From a virus (lineage: Duplodnaviria > Caudoviricetes): DNA of 64,000 nt. A program made the position numbers and the translations under genes. Position 1 is the first letter of the stretch, and each line of letters opens with the position of its first letter. Below the pieces are notes generated by a model, which was given only the letters and a program-made list of their open reading frames with translations, was not told where the DNA came from and did not search any database. Shown here in pieces: positions 50,636-61,400 of this stretch. The stretch covers positions 1,430 to 65,429 of the IMG/VR virus record IMGVR_UViG_3300044820_000139. One strand, 5' to 3'.

Positions 50636-53235
50636 CCAGTACAATCAGCTACGAAGATTTTTTGCGCGCCAAAGTTCTTTCCACGCCTGATATGGGAATT
50701 GTGGTTGAAGACAGCGAGATCAACGCGATTCTGAAACCCCATCAGCGAGCAATTGTTCGCTGGGCTCTGAAACGTGGCCGTGCGGCCATTTTCGCATCGT
50801 TTGGGTTAGGTAAGACTGTTTGTCAGTTGGAAATATTGAGGATACTTGGAGAGCGTATTGGCGGCAGATGTTTGATCGTCGCTCCGCTCGGCGTGCGTGG
50901 CGAGTTTATGCGCGACGCGACAATGCTGGGAATTACTCTGACCTTTGTGCGATCCATCGAAGAGTGCGGGGCCACAGGCCTTTATGTCACCAACTATGAA
51001 ACCGTGCGTGATGGGAAAATGAATCCCCGCGAGTTTCTTGCTGTATCGCTCGATGAGGCGGCCTGTCTGCGCGGATTTGGAGGAACAAAAACCTTTCGCA
51101 CGATGATGGGATTCTTTGAGGGGAGTGGCATTTATCGCTTTGTCGCGACGGCAACCCCATCGCCGAACGACTTTATTGAGTTATTGGCGTATTCGGCTTT
51201 TCTTGACGTGATGGATATTTCTAACGCGAAAACTAAATTCTTCAAGCGAAACTCGGAGCACGCTGACGAACTAACACTCATGCCAAGCCGTGAGCAAGAC
51301 TTCTGGCTTTGGTGTTCGACCTGGGGGGTATTTCTGCAATCACCCGCTGATCTTGGCTTCGATGCTACAGGCTACGAAATGCCTGAGATGGAAGTACTCT
51401 GGCACGAGGTTGAATCAGACCACACAAACGCCGGTATGGAGCCGAGCGGTCAAGGTAGATTGCTGCGTAACTCAGCAATTGGATTGAGTGCGGCAGCTTC
51501 TGAAAAGCGCAGTAGTCTCGGTCGGAGAATCGAGAAACTCGGAACCATCATTGAAGCCGCTGACAGCGGGCAATTTATTGTTTGGTGTGATCTGAACGAT
51601 GAGCAAAAGGCTGTTGACTCCCTGCTTGACGAACTGGGTATCAGTTACTCCTCTCTCTACGGTCATCAGGATATTGACCAACGTGAGGAATTGATGGGCC
51701 AATGGCGTGGCCGGGAGACAGATGCTTTTGTCTCTAAGCCCATCATGTACGGTGCTGGAGTGAACCTTCAGCAATGCCACCATGCTATCTTTCTTGGAGT
51801 GGGCTATAAGTTCTTCGACTTCATTCAGGCGATTCACCGCATTCACCGTTTTCTCCAGAAATATCCAGTCAAAATCGATATTATCTACACCGAGGCGGAA
51901 CGAGAAATCAAACGGGCGCTTGAAGAGAAGTGGGAGAAGCATCGCGAGTTAGTCTTCAACATGACTTCTATTATTCGTAAGTACGGCCTTGGAGCGAACG
52001 CACTGGCCGACCAGGCAAACCGTAAGATGGAAGTAGAGCGCATCGAGCGGCGCGGAGCAAACTGGACGATGGTCAACAACGATTGTGTTCCAGAGTGCCG
52101 CTCCATGGCAGACGGAAGCGTTGATTTGATTGTTACCAGCATTCCTTTTAGCACTCAATACGAGTACTCGCCAAGCTTCCGCGACTTCGGGCACACAGAA
52201 TCCAATGATCATTTTTGGGCGCAGATGGATTATTTGATTCCTCAACTACTCAGAGTACTTCAGCCTGGACGCGTCTGCGCGGTACACGTCAAAGACCGTA
52301 TCACGCCAAGTGGCCTGACCGGCATGGGATTTCAGACCGTCTATCCATTCTCAGACGACTGCGTCCGCCACTTCATTCAAGGCGGGTTCGGTTTTTTGGC
52401 GCGCAAGACCATCGTCACTGATGTTGTTCGAGAAAACAATCAGACCTATCGTCTTGGTTGGACGGAGCAATGCAAAGACGGATCGCGCATGGGCGCCGGG
52501 ATGCCTGAATATCTGCTGCTCTTCCGTAAGCCACCTACAGACACAAGCAATGGTTATGCCGATGTTCCTGTAGTTAAAAACAAAGCTTACTATACCCGGT
52601 CTCGCTGGCAGATCGATGCTCACGGATTTATGCGCTCAAACGGCAACCGCTGGCTCACGGCAGAAGATCTTGTCGGAGTTTCACACGAGCGCATCTTCAA
52701 GCTTTTTCGCCAGGATTCGATGCGCCAAGTCTACAACTTTGAGCGACACGTCGAGTTGAGTGAGAGCCTGGAGCGGTGTCAGGAATGTGGACACATCCAC
52801 ACTGGAGACCGTAAGTGCGTGGAGTGCCCCTGCAAAATCGCGGGTAGTCGACTCCCGGCGACCTTTATGCTGCTCCAGCCTCAAAGCTGGCACGAGGATG
52901 TATGGACCGACATAGCCAGGATGAGGACCCTCAACCTGAATCAAACTAATAGCAACCGCGAAATGCACGTTTGCCCGCTTCAATTCGATATCGTAGACCG
53001 GACCATCAACCAGTTTTCTATGCCAGAAGAGATTGTTTTTGATCCCTTTGCTGGGATAGGGACCGTGCCCATGAGGGCGGTTATGCTGAGCCGGCGTGGC
53101 CACGGCGTCGAACTGGCAACAAACTACTGGTTCGACGCCTGTCACTATGCTGAAGAGGCTGAGCGCGATTCTTCCGTCCCAACACTCTTTGATTTGCTTG
53201 ACGAGGAAAAGATTGACGAGGTTGTATTGACGTAA
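50632..53235 (+). CDS. SF2 helicase-like domain fused to N4C/N6A DNA methyltransferase
   Basis: GLGKT, LDEA, TATPSPN, GAGVNLQ (helicase); VTSIPF (motif IV variant) and DPFAGIGT (SAM-binding), beta order; start ATG 50632. Confidence 0.85.
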   Translation: MTSTISYEDFLRAKVLSTPDMGIVVEDSEINAILKPHQRAIVRWALKRGRAAIFASFGLGKTVCQLEILRILGERIGGRCLIVAPLGVRGEFMRDATMLGITLTFVRSIEECGATGLYVTNYETVRDGKMNPREFLAVSLDEAACLRGFGGTKTFRTMMGFFEGSGIYRFVATATPSPNDFIELLAYSAFLDVMDISNAKTKFFKRNSEHADELTLMPSREQDFWLWCSTWGVFLQSPADLGFDATGYEMPEMEVLWHEVESDHTNAGMEPSGQGRLLRNSAIGLSAAASEKRSSLGRRIEKLGTIIEAADSGQFIVWCDLNDEQKAVDSLLDELGISYSSLYGHQDIDQREELMGQWRGRETDAFVSKPIMYGAGVNLQQCHHAIFLGVGYKFFDFIQAIHRIHRFLQKYPVKIDIIYTEAEREIKRALEEKWEKHRELVFNMTSIIRKYGLGANALADQANRKMEVERIERRGANWTMVNNDCVPECRSMADGSVDLIVTSIPFSTQYEYSPSFRDFGHTESNDHFWAQMDYLIPQLLRVLQPGRVCAVHVKDRITPSGLTGMGFQTVYPFSDDCVRHFIQGGFGFLARKTIVTDVVRENNQTYRLGWTEQCKDGSRMGAGMPEYLLLFRKPPTDTSNGYADVPVVKNKAYYTRSRWQIDAHGFMRSNGNRWLTAEDLVGVSHERIFKLFRQDSMRQVYNFERHVELSESLERCQECGHIHTGDRKCVECPCKIAGSRLPATFMLLQPQSWHEDVWTDIARMRTLNLNQTNSNREMHVCPLQFDIVDRTINQFSMPEEIVFDPFAGIGTVPMRAVMLSRRGHGVELATNYWFDACHYAEEAERDSSVPTLFDLLDEEKIDEVVLT

Positions 53236-53408
53236 ATCCGTGTAGAGAGGAGAACCTTGCTTCTTCCGTTCATCTGGGACGGTTTACCTAGAACAGAACA
53301 AGCCGCGGTGGGACGGGAAACCTGCCGCGGCATTTATATTCTAATTTTCATATCTTTTTTCTTGTATTTTTCTCTTGACCTGCGGTATAAAGGTACAGGA
53401 GGTACACC

Positions 53409-53639
53409 ATGGACAATCATTCTGCGGTTTTGGACCCGCCTCTTGATCTCAATGCGCCTCGACCGTGCATTGGTTGCGACGCGATTTGCTATGCCTGCGG
53501 CTCTCCAGTGTATGCTGGAGTGCGTTACTGTACCGCTTGTACTCTGGAAATTGATCGGCCCAATTTAAATAAGCTAGCTGAGAGGTTTGCATGCGAATGG
53601 CGAGCCGAGATCAAAGCTGAGCGCCGCAAGGCTGCCTAG
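53409..53639 (+). CDS. Small zinc-ribbon protein
   Basis: CIGC, CYAC, CTAC; GGAGG RBS. Confidence 0.65.
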   Translation: MDNHSAVLDPPLDLNAPRPCIGCDAICYACGSPVYAGVRYCTACTLEIDRPNLNKLAERFACEWRAEIKAERRKAA

Positions 53640-55297
53640 CGCTTCGTCACCGTGCGCCCGATTCGCCGGCCGCTCAATGCAATTCCCCGGCTCGCCTTCT
53701 GCTCTTCGGTTCGCAGTTGCTGGTTGCGCTGCCAGGCGTGGCGGGCCAGGCTGGTCTCATCCATCCCGTCCTTGCGCATCTGGTCGATCTCTTCTTCCAA
53801 AGCCATCCTCTTTGGCTTCACGCTCTCCGCAATCCAACTGTTCCAGGCATACGCTGATTCGTCGTAACAGTCGTCCTGTGGGTTGCCCTTTTCCTTCTTG
53901 ACGGCGTTGCGATCGTCGATTGTCCGGCTGGTCAGAGTGTTGAAGGTGTACGGGCAGGCGGTGGTTACCACCAGCGAGCGATTGCTCAGACCATTGTAGA
54001 GGTGCTGCGCGTTGCCCATGGGATCATGAGCGCCCAGCACGCACGGAACGCCATGCGCAGCGAACACTTCCTTGATGATCTCGTAGTTGCTTCGACCCGT
54101 GCCGGTGTGTTGGTCGTTGGCCGGGTCGGTCATGGCAAAGAGTATCCGCGGTCCTTCTGGATCGCGCGGTCGAAGCTTCTTTAGCCAGGCATCCTGTGCC
54201 GGCATCTTGGGATCGTCGCTCGCCGCAAAACCATCTTTGCAGATTCGCCGGGCCAACTCCTGCGAAGCCATCTTGCGCACCACGCGCTCGCGCACTTTGA
54301 AGACCTTACCTGAGGGAGCCACGGTGTACATTCCCACCGCGGCGGCCGAGTTGCCAAAGCCATAATCGATCGAGATGAAGTGACCCCACCACCACTCGTC
54401 AGGAACCTCCTGAATCGGCAGCATGTACTCCGGTCGAAGGAATGGAAAGTAGAGGCCTTCAGCGTTGCACCAGCAGCCATAGAGCAGCTGCTGCTGAATC
54501 GCCTCGGTCTGCATAAGCAAGGCGTCAATCTTTTCCTGATCATAGAGGGGATTGTCGATCACGCGGGCTGGGATGAAGGCCGTTGTCTTCATCGTAGGCT
54601 TGTCATCGGAGGGCCAGCGCGTTCCTCTGTAAATTCGTCCAGGATAAACGCTGGTCTCCGACGGTCGATCGTCCTCGCGGCTGGCTGGATAATGTACAGG
54701 GCACTTGCCACGCAGAAATACGCCCATCTGCCATCCCTGGCCGGGGCCGCCGGGGTTTGGTGTGAAGCGCGCGCGCGCGTGAAGCATCTGCCGCCGCGGG
54801 GGAGCCAGCCAACCCATCAACTCGCGGATCAGCTTCTCGGGGTGCTGGTTGCTTTCATCTACACCCAAGTAACTGCGTGGGTTGCCGCGGTATTTCTCCA
54901 GGTCTTTTGGATGTCGCAGGTAGCCCGGTTGAATCTGGCCGCCATTGGGAAAAACCCAAGCAAAGCCGGAGAACTTACCTGTTTTTTTCCATTGAGCTCC
55001 AAGGGGTTCGTACATCCGTTGCATTTGGTCAGAGATTTCCTGCATATCCACATAGGACCGCCGCAGGACTAGGGCTCTCAAATAAGGGTTGCGATACTCC
55101 TGCATCGCGTCAGCCGCAAGAAATGAGGTTTTCCCGCCACCTGAGGCACCTCCGTACATAAGCATTTGGGCGCGGCAGTTGATAGCCGCTTGCTGGGCTG
55201 GGCTCAGCGGCCACCAGGGCGGTCTCCATCCAGCAGGATGTAAATCGTAAGGCGGTGCAATTAAGGGTGGATAAGGTGAGATCGTGGCCGTGGCCAT
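53636..55297 (-). CDS. terL: Terminase large subunit
   Basis: Walker A YGGASGGGKT, Walker B GVDES, FTPNPGG, nuclease IDYGFG and DDCYDES. Confidence 0.92.
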   Translation of the reverse strand: MATATISPYPPLIAPPYDLHPAGWRPPWWPLSPAQQAAINCRAQMLMYGGASGGGKTSFLAADAMQEYRNPYLRALVLRRSYVDMQEISDQMQRMYEPLGAQWKKTGKFSGFAWVFPNGGQIQPGYLRHPKDLEKYRGNPRSYLGVDESNQHPEKLIRELMGWLAPPRRQMLHARARFTPNPGGPGQGWQMGVFLRGKCPVHYPASREDDRPSETSVYPGRIYRGTRWPSDDKPTMKTTAFIPARVIDNPLYDQEKIDALLMQTEAIQQQLLYGCWCNAEGLYFPFLRPEYMLPIQEVPDEWWWGHFISIDYGFGNSAAAVGMYTVAPSGKVFKVRERVVRKMASQELARRICKDGFAASDDPKMPAQDAWLKKLRPRDPEGPRILFAMTDPANDQHTGTGRSNYEIIKEVFAAHGVPCVLGAHDPMGNAQHLYNGLSNRSLVVTTACPYTFNTLTSRTIDDRNAVKKEKGNPQDDCYDESAYAWNSWIAESVKPKRMALEEEIDQMRKDGMDETSLARHAWQRNQQLRTEEQKASRGIALSGRRIGRTVTKR

Positions 55298-55623
55298 CAG
55301 GTGATCCGGGTCTCCAGAGGTTCATCGGAAGGAGGTTCTGGAATAATTTCTGGAATAATCTGTGCTCGATTTTGCAAAATCTCTTTCTCGGGCCGGCTTC
55401 CCGGATGGGTCCACGCTGGGGTCTCTGAGAGAGAGTTTTTAAGGTTTGATAGAAGCTCTGGACGGATTGGCGGAAGCTTCGAATAGGAGGGGCAGGCGTC
55501 TTCGAGGCCGCTCTCGAGCAGACGCACACAAAAAGCGTGGAACGGATGACCATCGATCGCAGCGGCGGCGCGTAAGCGTCGCATTAAATCCTCAGGAACG
55601 TTTCGTAGATTCAGAACTGCCAT
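55297..55623 (-). CDS. Ribbon-helix-helix (Arc/FitA-like) protein
   Basis: MAVLNLRNVPEDLMRRLRAAAAIDG...LLE. Confidence 0.7.
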   Translation of the reverse strand: MAVLNLRNVPEDLMRRLRAAAAIDGHPFHAFCVRLLESGLEDACPSYSKLPPIRPELLSNLKNSLSETPAWTHPGSRPEKEILQNRAQIIPEIIPEPPSDEPLETRIT

Positions 55624-55634
55624 GGTTGACCTTT

Positions 55635-55868
55635 CTATTCGAGATGCCACATTCCGGACATGCCTGGGTGAATCTCGGCCACTCTTCCAACCTTTTGCAA
55701 CCGTAACAAGGCGGCGCGCACAGATTCCTGTTCTTCGTTCAGCGCTTCAGCGATAGCGGCGGTTGTCGAAATTTGGTCCGGTTGCTTCATCAAAAAGCGC
55801 ACAACTTCTCGCGTATGCACCCATTCTCGGCGCTCGATCAGAACTGCCATAATCTTGTTGCTCCTCAC
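55635..55868 (-). CDS. Winged-helix protein
   Basis: TAAIAEAL...SVRAALLRLQKVGRV...GMWHL. Confidence 0.65.
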   Translation of the reverse strand: MRSNKIMAVLIERREWVHTREVVRFLMKQPDQISTTAAIAEALNEEQESVRAALLRLQKVGRVAEIHPGMSGMWHLE

Positions 55869-56182
55869 CGGCGGCTGCCGCCAAACAATCTCATCGGGCG
55901 TGGATCATTGAGCATTTCTTGCTGCTTCGGATAGAGGCGCACCACACTCCACTCCTTGTGCAGTTCAGGCGGCTTTTCCTCGGATGGCAATGGGCTCCAG
56001 TCGCGCATAAACATCGATTTGAACCTGTCCCCTTGCCGAGAATCGTCCAGCGTGGCCCGCATGAAAGCTTCTCGGAGCCAGGAGTTCTTGCCTGGAATTG
56101 TAGACACTACCCAGCATCTATTCCTCCCCCATATTGCTTTGTGCCGCTTTTTCAGGTCAACATGCAGTCTCATTTTTGGCAT
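55865..56182 (-). CDS. Hypothetical protein ending in a terminase-N-terminus-like segment
   Basis: 105 aa; C-terminus LYPKQQEMLNDPRPMRLFGGSRR. Confidence 0.55.
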   Translation of the reverse strand: MPKMRLHVDLKKRHKAIWGRNRCWVVSTIPGKNSWLREAFMRATLDDSRQGDRFKSMFMRDWSPLPSEEKPPELHKEWSVVRLYPKQQEMLNDPRPMRLFGGSRR

Positions 56183-56183
56183 T

Positions 56184-56405
56184 TCAACCTCTACACGGAT
56201 GCGTAAGCCTAGTTACATACTGGTCAAAGTTTGGGAAACGCCGACGCGCTTCCTCAATGGAAAGCTCATATTCAAGCGAAATACATCGTTGGTTGCGTAT
56301 ATCGGGATACAACTCCCGCCAACGACTCAAGCGATGCGCGAGTTCGGCAACGCGATTACGCTTCATCGGTGCAGCCACCCTCTCTTTTTCATCTGCAGTA
56401 ACCAC
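56184..56405 (-). CDS. Hypothetical protein
   Basis: 73 aa tiled ORF. Confidence 0.45.
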   Translation of the reverse strand: MVTADEKERVAAPMKRNRVAELAHRLSRWRELYPDIRNQRCISLEYELSIEEARRRFPNFDQYVTRLTHPCRG

Positions 56406-56569
56406 TGAAAAGCGCGCAGAGCATCCCTAAAACTTGGATAACCATGCTTTCCGGCAACTGGCTGCGGGCCAACTTTTAGACCCGCAGGAACGTCTAATTT
56501 CCATGGCAATGGGTCTGGAGCATCGAATTCTATCCAAATTGTTGGACTATACCGTATCCGGCACTTCAT
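56363..56569 (-). CDS. Hypothetical protein
   Basis: 68 aa ORF. Confidence 0.4.
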   Translation of the reverse strand: MKCRIRYSPTIWIEFDAPDPLPWKLDVPAGLKVGPQPVAGKHGYPSFRDALRAFQWLLQMKKRGWLHR

Positions 56570-56613
56570 TTCTGTACCTCATGTATCTCTTGTACCACAC
56601 ACAGACGCAGAAA

Positions 56614-57360
56614 TTACGTGATTTTGATCTCAAGTGAGTTTTTCTTGGATTTAGGATTCCCCGCCAAAGGCGGAGCAGGGGCCGCTGGCTGGTTCACGCG
56701 CAGCACGGGTGGCCGCGGCGCCGGTTGGTCCGGCATCAATGCTGCTGGGGATTCCTCGGGAAAGATCGGCTGCGCATACGTTGCTGGAGACGGTTCATTT
56801 TCCTCGCGCATTTTAGAGAAAACGCTCTTATAAATATCATCCGAACCATCGCTGGAGTTTTCAGAAGTAGTTTCTGCGGGTGTCACGCGCGCTTGCTTTC
56901 CGTTCCTGATCGTTCCGGTATAGACAAGACCTAGTTGAATAGCGGCCAGCACTGTCGATCCGTGCTTTTCCGGATTCAGATTTACCACGCCGTCAAGCGC
57001 AGCCTCGAGCTTGTCGAGCGTCACCGTCTTTCGCTTGTCTTCCTCGGCGGCCAGCTTTGCCTGGTCGCGAGCGATGAGCCGGGCCTGCTCCAGTTCCACC
57101 TGGGCGCGCCGGCGCTGGATCTCCTGCTGCACGTGTTCGCGCTTGAGAAACTTTTCTCCCATTCCCTGAGCTATGCGGCTCTTTCGTTCTGCCCATCGGA
57201 TCTGCTCGTTTTCATTCTCCGAGCTCACACTCTCGCGCAGAAAATGGAAGACGAACCGCTGCTCGTCCAGCGTTAATCCTTTGAAGGCATCCTTTTTGGC
57301 TTTCGGCATTTCGGGCGCTCCGGGCGGTTCGGGTGAAACATAATCAGCGAACAAATTCAA
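56614..57360 (-). CDS. Putative terminase small subunit
   Basis: LTLDEQRFVFHFL...HTH-like start, FLKREHVQQEIQRRR helix, oligomerisation-like segment; upstream of terL in the same operon. Confidence 0.55.
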   Translation of the reverse strand: MNLFADYVSPEPPGAPEMPKAKKDAFKGLTLDEQRFVFHFLRESVSSENENEQIRWAERKSRIAQGMGEKFLKREHVQQEIQRRRAQVELEQARLIARDQAKLAAEEDKRKTVTLDKLEAALDGVVNLNPEKHGSTVLAAIQLGLVYTGTIRNGKQARVTPAETTSENSSDGSDDIYKSVFSKMREENEPSPATYAQPIFPEESPAALMPDQPAPRPPVLRVNQPAAPAPPLAGNPKSKKNSLEIKIT

Positions 57361-57599
57361 GCTGTAGGTTTTTCGACTTTCTGGCGGGCCGCACGTTCTT
57401 CTCCTCGGATCTCTCCCTTTATAAGAAGATAGACGAATCCCTTGGCAACATCCCAGTGGTAAGCGGGATCGTAACCAAGCTTTGGATCCATAATTCCAGC
57501 TTCTTCTCCTAGCATTTTTGAAACTTCAATTCCAGCGCGATTGGCAATTTCCAACTGTTTTTCGATTGGCAGTTCGGCTATTAGATCCTTCAGCTCCAT
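57357..57599 (-). CDS. Hypothetical protein (80 aa)
   Basis: ATG 57599 behind GAGGAG. Confidence 0.65.
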   Translation of the reverse strand: MELKDLIAELPIEKQLEIANRAGIEVSKMLGEEAGIMDPKLGYDPAYHWDVAKGFVYLLIKGEIRGEERAARQKVEKPTA

Positions 57600-57749
57600 C
57601 GGCGTTTCTCCTCTTGGTGGTAAAATCAGCATACATGGTGCTATACTTCCATTAACAGCCAGCCCCTCAAAGTAGCTCCTCGCAACAAAGGCCCTTCCGA
57701 GTATCAACCCTCATCACAGACCAGAACTTCTTCAATTCGCTGGCAAACA

Positions 57750-57767
57750 AGCCGGAGGAATCCGGCT
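57750..57767. terminator. Hairpin, probable intrinsic terminator (copy 1)
   Basis: AGCCGGA-GGAA-TCCGGCT with AAAC/TGT flanks. Confidence 0.55.
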
Positions 57768-57799
57768 GTGTCTGATATAATGCAACCGAGGTTAAACGG

Positions 57800-58123
57800 A
57801 TGAAAACTTCTTTCACTCTCGCAGACCAAGAAATCATAACCGATCAGACAATTTCTGAGGGCGTTGTCAAAATGAACATTGCAACTCGCATTCATCTATG
57901 GATGCTTGGTTTCGTTGAATTGCGGTATCAAGATAAAATCACCCCTTTCTCTCAAAGATGGTTTGTTTTGGGGAATGAAATAGTTACAGATCAAACAATT
58001 CCCAAAGGAAAGATACAAATGTGTGTCGCAACCCGGCATCACATCTTCAGTATGTTTCCAGTACGAGTTAGTAATGCTCGACCAGAATTCCCAGATTCTT
58101 CAAACGCGCCTGTTCATTCCTAG
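57800..58123 (+). CDS. Low-GC moron protein with an internal duplication
   Basis: EIITDQTISEGVVKMNIATRIH and EIVTDQTIPKGKIQMCVATRHH; GAGG RBS; opposite strand to its neighbours. Confidence 0.6.
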   Translation: MKTSFTLADQEIITDQTISEGVVKMNIATRIHLWMLGFVELRYQDKITPFSQRWFVLGNEIVTDQTIPKGKIQMCVATRHHIFSMFPVRVSNARPEFPDSSNAPVHS

Positions 58124-58239
58124 CGACCTCATCCCCTTGGTCGCCGCCGTTATTATTAAAAGTGGTTCCTCGCAACAAAAGTCCTTCTGAGCACCAACCC
58201 TCATCGCACACCAGAACTTCTTCAATCCGCTGGCAAACA

Positions 58240-58257
58240 AGCCGGAGGAATCCGGCT
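58240..58257. terminator. Hairpin, probable bidirectional intrinsic terminator (copy 2)
   Basis: Same stem-loop with T-rich tails on both strands; lies downstream of both the giant gene and the moron. Confidence 0.65.
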
Positions 58258-58431
58258 GTTTACTTAATTTGCGTCGATTTGAAAAATTGCGCAAGTTTGT
58301 GTTATTGTTTTTCAGGCTCTTGCGGGTTGTTAGAACGGGCAAAAACACTGCCTCGCATCGGTGTCTCCATGCCTAGAGTCTAGGGAATTGCTTGGACCGG
58401 AAACCGATGAAGATTTCAAGATCGACCCCGT

Positions 58432-61400
58432 CTAATCGGTTAAAATTCCCTGCTGCTTCAGTCTCGCCTGCAACTCCTGTGCCGCCTGATCGCCCTCCTG
58501 CTCGTAGACCGTCTCCAGTTGGTGCTGACTCTTCTCCGCCATCAGATCGCGCAGTGATGCCTTTTCCTGGGGATTGGCCTTCTGCCATACCTGCATGGCC
58601 TGGGTAAAGCTGAGCCGGCTGGTCACACGCTCCAGTGGCGTCCAGTGGGCTTCACGGACCGCCTCGCTATACTGCCGGCTGGTTATGCGTCCCTTTTCCA
58701 TCGCCTCATTCAGTTTATTCTGGTTGAGATTGCCGTTTTCCAACGCCTTGACCAGATTCCGAAAGGTTCGGTTGTGCTCGGCCTGCTCTGCCGTCCGCGG
58801 CGCCTGCGGCGTTTCGTCGCGGTAGTGCTCAGCCAGGTTCATGGCAGATGAGTTCTGCATGACCCGTGTCGCAGGCTGGAAACCTGCGTAACTCAACAGG
58901 CTCATGCCACCGCTTTTTTCCTCGCTGATGTCAGAAAATTCTCCTTCTCCGGCGCGCTGGCGCTGCTGTTGGAAACTCTTCACCGTAAACGGTATGTACT
59001 GGCTGGCGATAAACTTGCCGTACTCGCCCGCCTGGCTCTTGCCCAGCGTCTTTGAGATGTAAAGATCGTCCTCGTTCCTGATCTCGTTGCCGTAATAATC
59101 CTTGTTCTGCATCATCTCAAGCGATGTTGAGATTGCCGGGCTGGCGGTGTTGACCGCGGTGCGCCAGGGGATCCCGTTTTGAGCTACGTCCTCCCCAACT
59201 GACATCAAGTTTTTCGAATAGCCTGGGATGCTGAGCATGGTTCCGTCAGCCGTCTCGATCATGCTGTAAGCCTTCAGGCCATATTTGTCGGTGTCGGGTT
59301 TGTGGCCGGTCATCAGATAAGTCCCAACTGCCGCAATCAGAGCCGTATAGATCGGCGTGGCAAGGCTGAAAGCCAGCTTGTGCGTAACCTCGGGCTTCTT
59401 CCGTGAGGCTGCTCGCGCAAAAGCCTTGGCTGCGTCTGTCACTCCGCCACCGTACTCCTTATAGGTTCCGCCCTGCCAGCCGACGCTGCGGATCCCAAGC
59501 TGGGCAATCTCAAGCGCGACGCGGTTCCAAAAGCGGTTGTCATAGACCATCTGGCCATAGCGATTGTCTACTGAGTCCCAGGCCGACTGCATCCGGCTCC
59601 TGATCTCTTCTTCGCTCCAATTGTTGTGGTCCGCCTCTTTGAGAATGTTCGCCGCCATATCCTGGAACGATCCCAGTTTGATCCGCGGTATCATGCCGTG
59701 CATCAGCCAACTGCCCGCCAGGTCAATTATGCCCGGAATTGCTCCCTTAGTGCCCTTGAAATAGTCACCCCGGCGAATATCCTCTGTCACTTGCCGCCAG
59801 CGGGCAGGCTCCAGGTTCACGCTTTGCTCGGGCCGCCCGCCGGCGCGCGCCACCCAGTTGGCCTCCGCTTCATACTTCGCGGCGGAGCCGGGCTCCAGAT
59901 ATTCGCGCATCACCTTGTTGCCGACCAGCAGATGCCTAGCCAGTGAGGCTCCAGGAACGGCGCCGCGTGCTATGTGCGCCGCGGCTGAGACTGGACGGCC
60001 TTGGCTCAACTCCTCCAGCCCTAGGGCAATGTCTCCAATCCCCAGGTTGATCGTGCTGGCGGTCGCGTGGAAGGCGCTCAGGCCCAACTGCACGGCGTTC
60101 ATGGAGCGGTTGAGCGTGAAGACGGAATCAAGTATGCCATTGCGCCCAGCCAACCCCTTACTTACAAAGTTATTGAAGCTCTTGGCGGCCGGCTCCGGCG
60201 CGTAGTAGTGGCCCTCGAGCACCATCTCGCCAGCTTCATTGCGGCGCGTAACCGTCGCGAAGCGGTCATCAAGTTGAACCCAGTTCGGCGGCGCGTCCGC
60301 AGCCTTCTTAAAAACGCGCGTCAGACCGATTGCTTTCATATCCTGAACGGTTTTCAAACCAAAGATGTAGCGCTGAATCTCGGCGTGCTTCAACAGCGCC
60401 ATATCCACTGGGTTCCAAGTCTTGGGTTCCAGGCCAAGCTCAATGCCTTCCTTGAAGGTTGGTGGGTAGAGCGTGCGGTGCTGTAGAAAGCTGCCCGAGC
60501 CGAAGAGCGGTTTCGTTCCGCTCTGTGCCTGCATCATCCGGGCCACCTTGCCGGAGTGGTCCCAGATGTGCGGGAAATAGTTTTCGTAGAAGTTCTTCAG
60601 CTTCTCCGGGTCCAGCCGCTGCAACTCCTCGCGGTCCGAGACGAAGATTTCATGCAGACCTTGAGCTATATCCCGGTACTTGGGATCGATTGCTCTAAAT
60701 CGCCCATGCTCCACGTCGTCGATAAACTTAGTGACATCCTCGCGCGGCATGGTCACAAAGTCTTTGCGAGTGTCTTCCAGCGATTTTTTCAACTGAAGCA
60801 CGTTGCGGTCCATTTCGCCGCGCCTCTCGCGCACCAGCGCGCGCAGGTCATCACCCGCGTCGGGATTGTCATCGCGCCAGTCACGGAAGCCGCCCAGTGC
60901 CCTCTGCCAGGTCGACGGGCCGCCAAAAGCCAGTTGCTGCTGGGCACGGGTGTTCTTGCGTCCCCATAGCTGTCCGGTGTTGCTGGTTGGATTGGTCTCG
61001 CCGGGCTTTTGAAAGAGTGGCTGGCCCTCGCGCAGCACTGTGCCGCGCATGGCGTCGGTGACGGGAAGATAGGGAACGGGCTGGGCCGTAGTTGGCTTTG
61101 TAATATCCATTTTTCCGCCAAAATCATAGGCCAAGGCTGGGCTACCTTCTTTTTGTATAGCCTCAGAAAAAGGAATTCCTCTCCCCATCAGTTCGTAAAC
61201 GTCGCTGGCTTGTCTCTCAAGTTGTGCGCTATGTGAACCATCTGAAATATACTCTCTGACCTCTGCAATTGTGCGTTCTGGACCTTGATAGTGAAATGGT
61301 TCTTTGCCTAACGCCGGAGGAACGTCAATCGTTGTCTCCTCAACTTTGGAACCGAACGGCTTGCCGATCTTGTTGGCTAGGTCCGGCACTATCTTGTCGT

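Larger units (their letters stand above)
57669..58259. repeat. 101-bp direct repeat (about 90% identical), copies 490 bp apart
   Basis: 57669-57769 vs 58159-58259; I count 10 mismatches. Confidence 0.9.

Noticed and set aside
53355-53395. Sigma70 promoter before the 53409 gene
   Set aside because: TTGACC and TATAAA are only 5 nt apart; the alternative TTGTAT-18-TATAAA is possible in an AT-rich patch but too weak to call.
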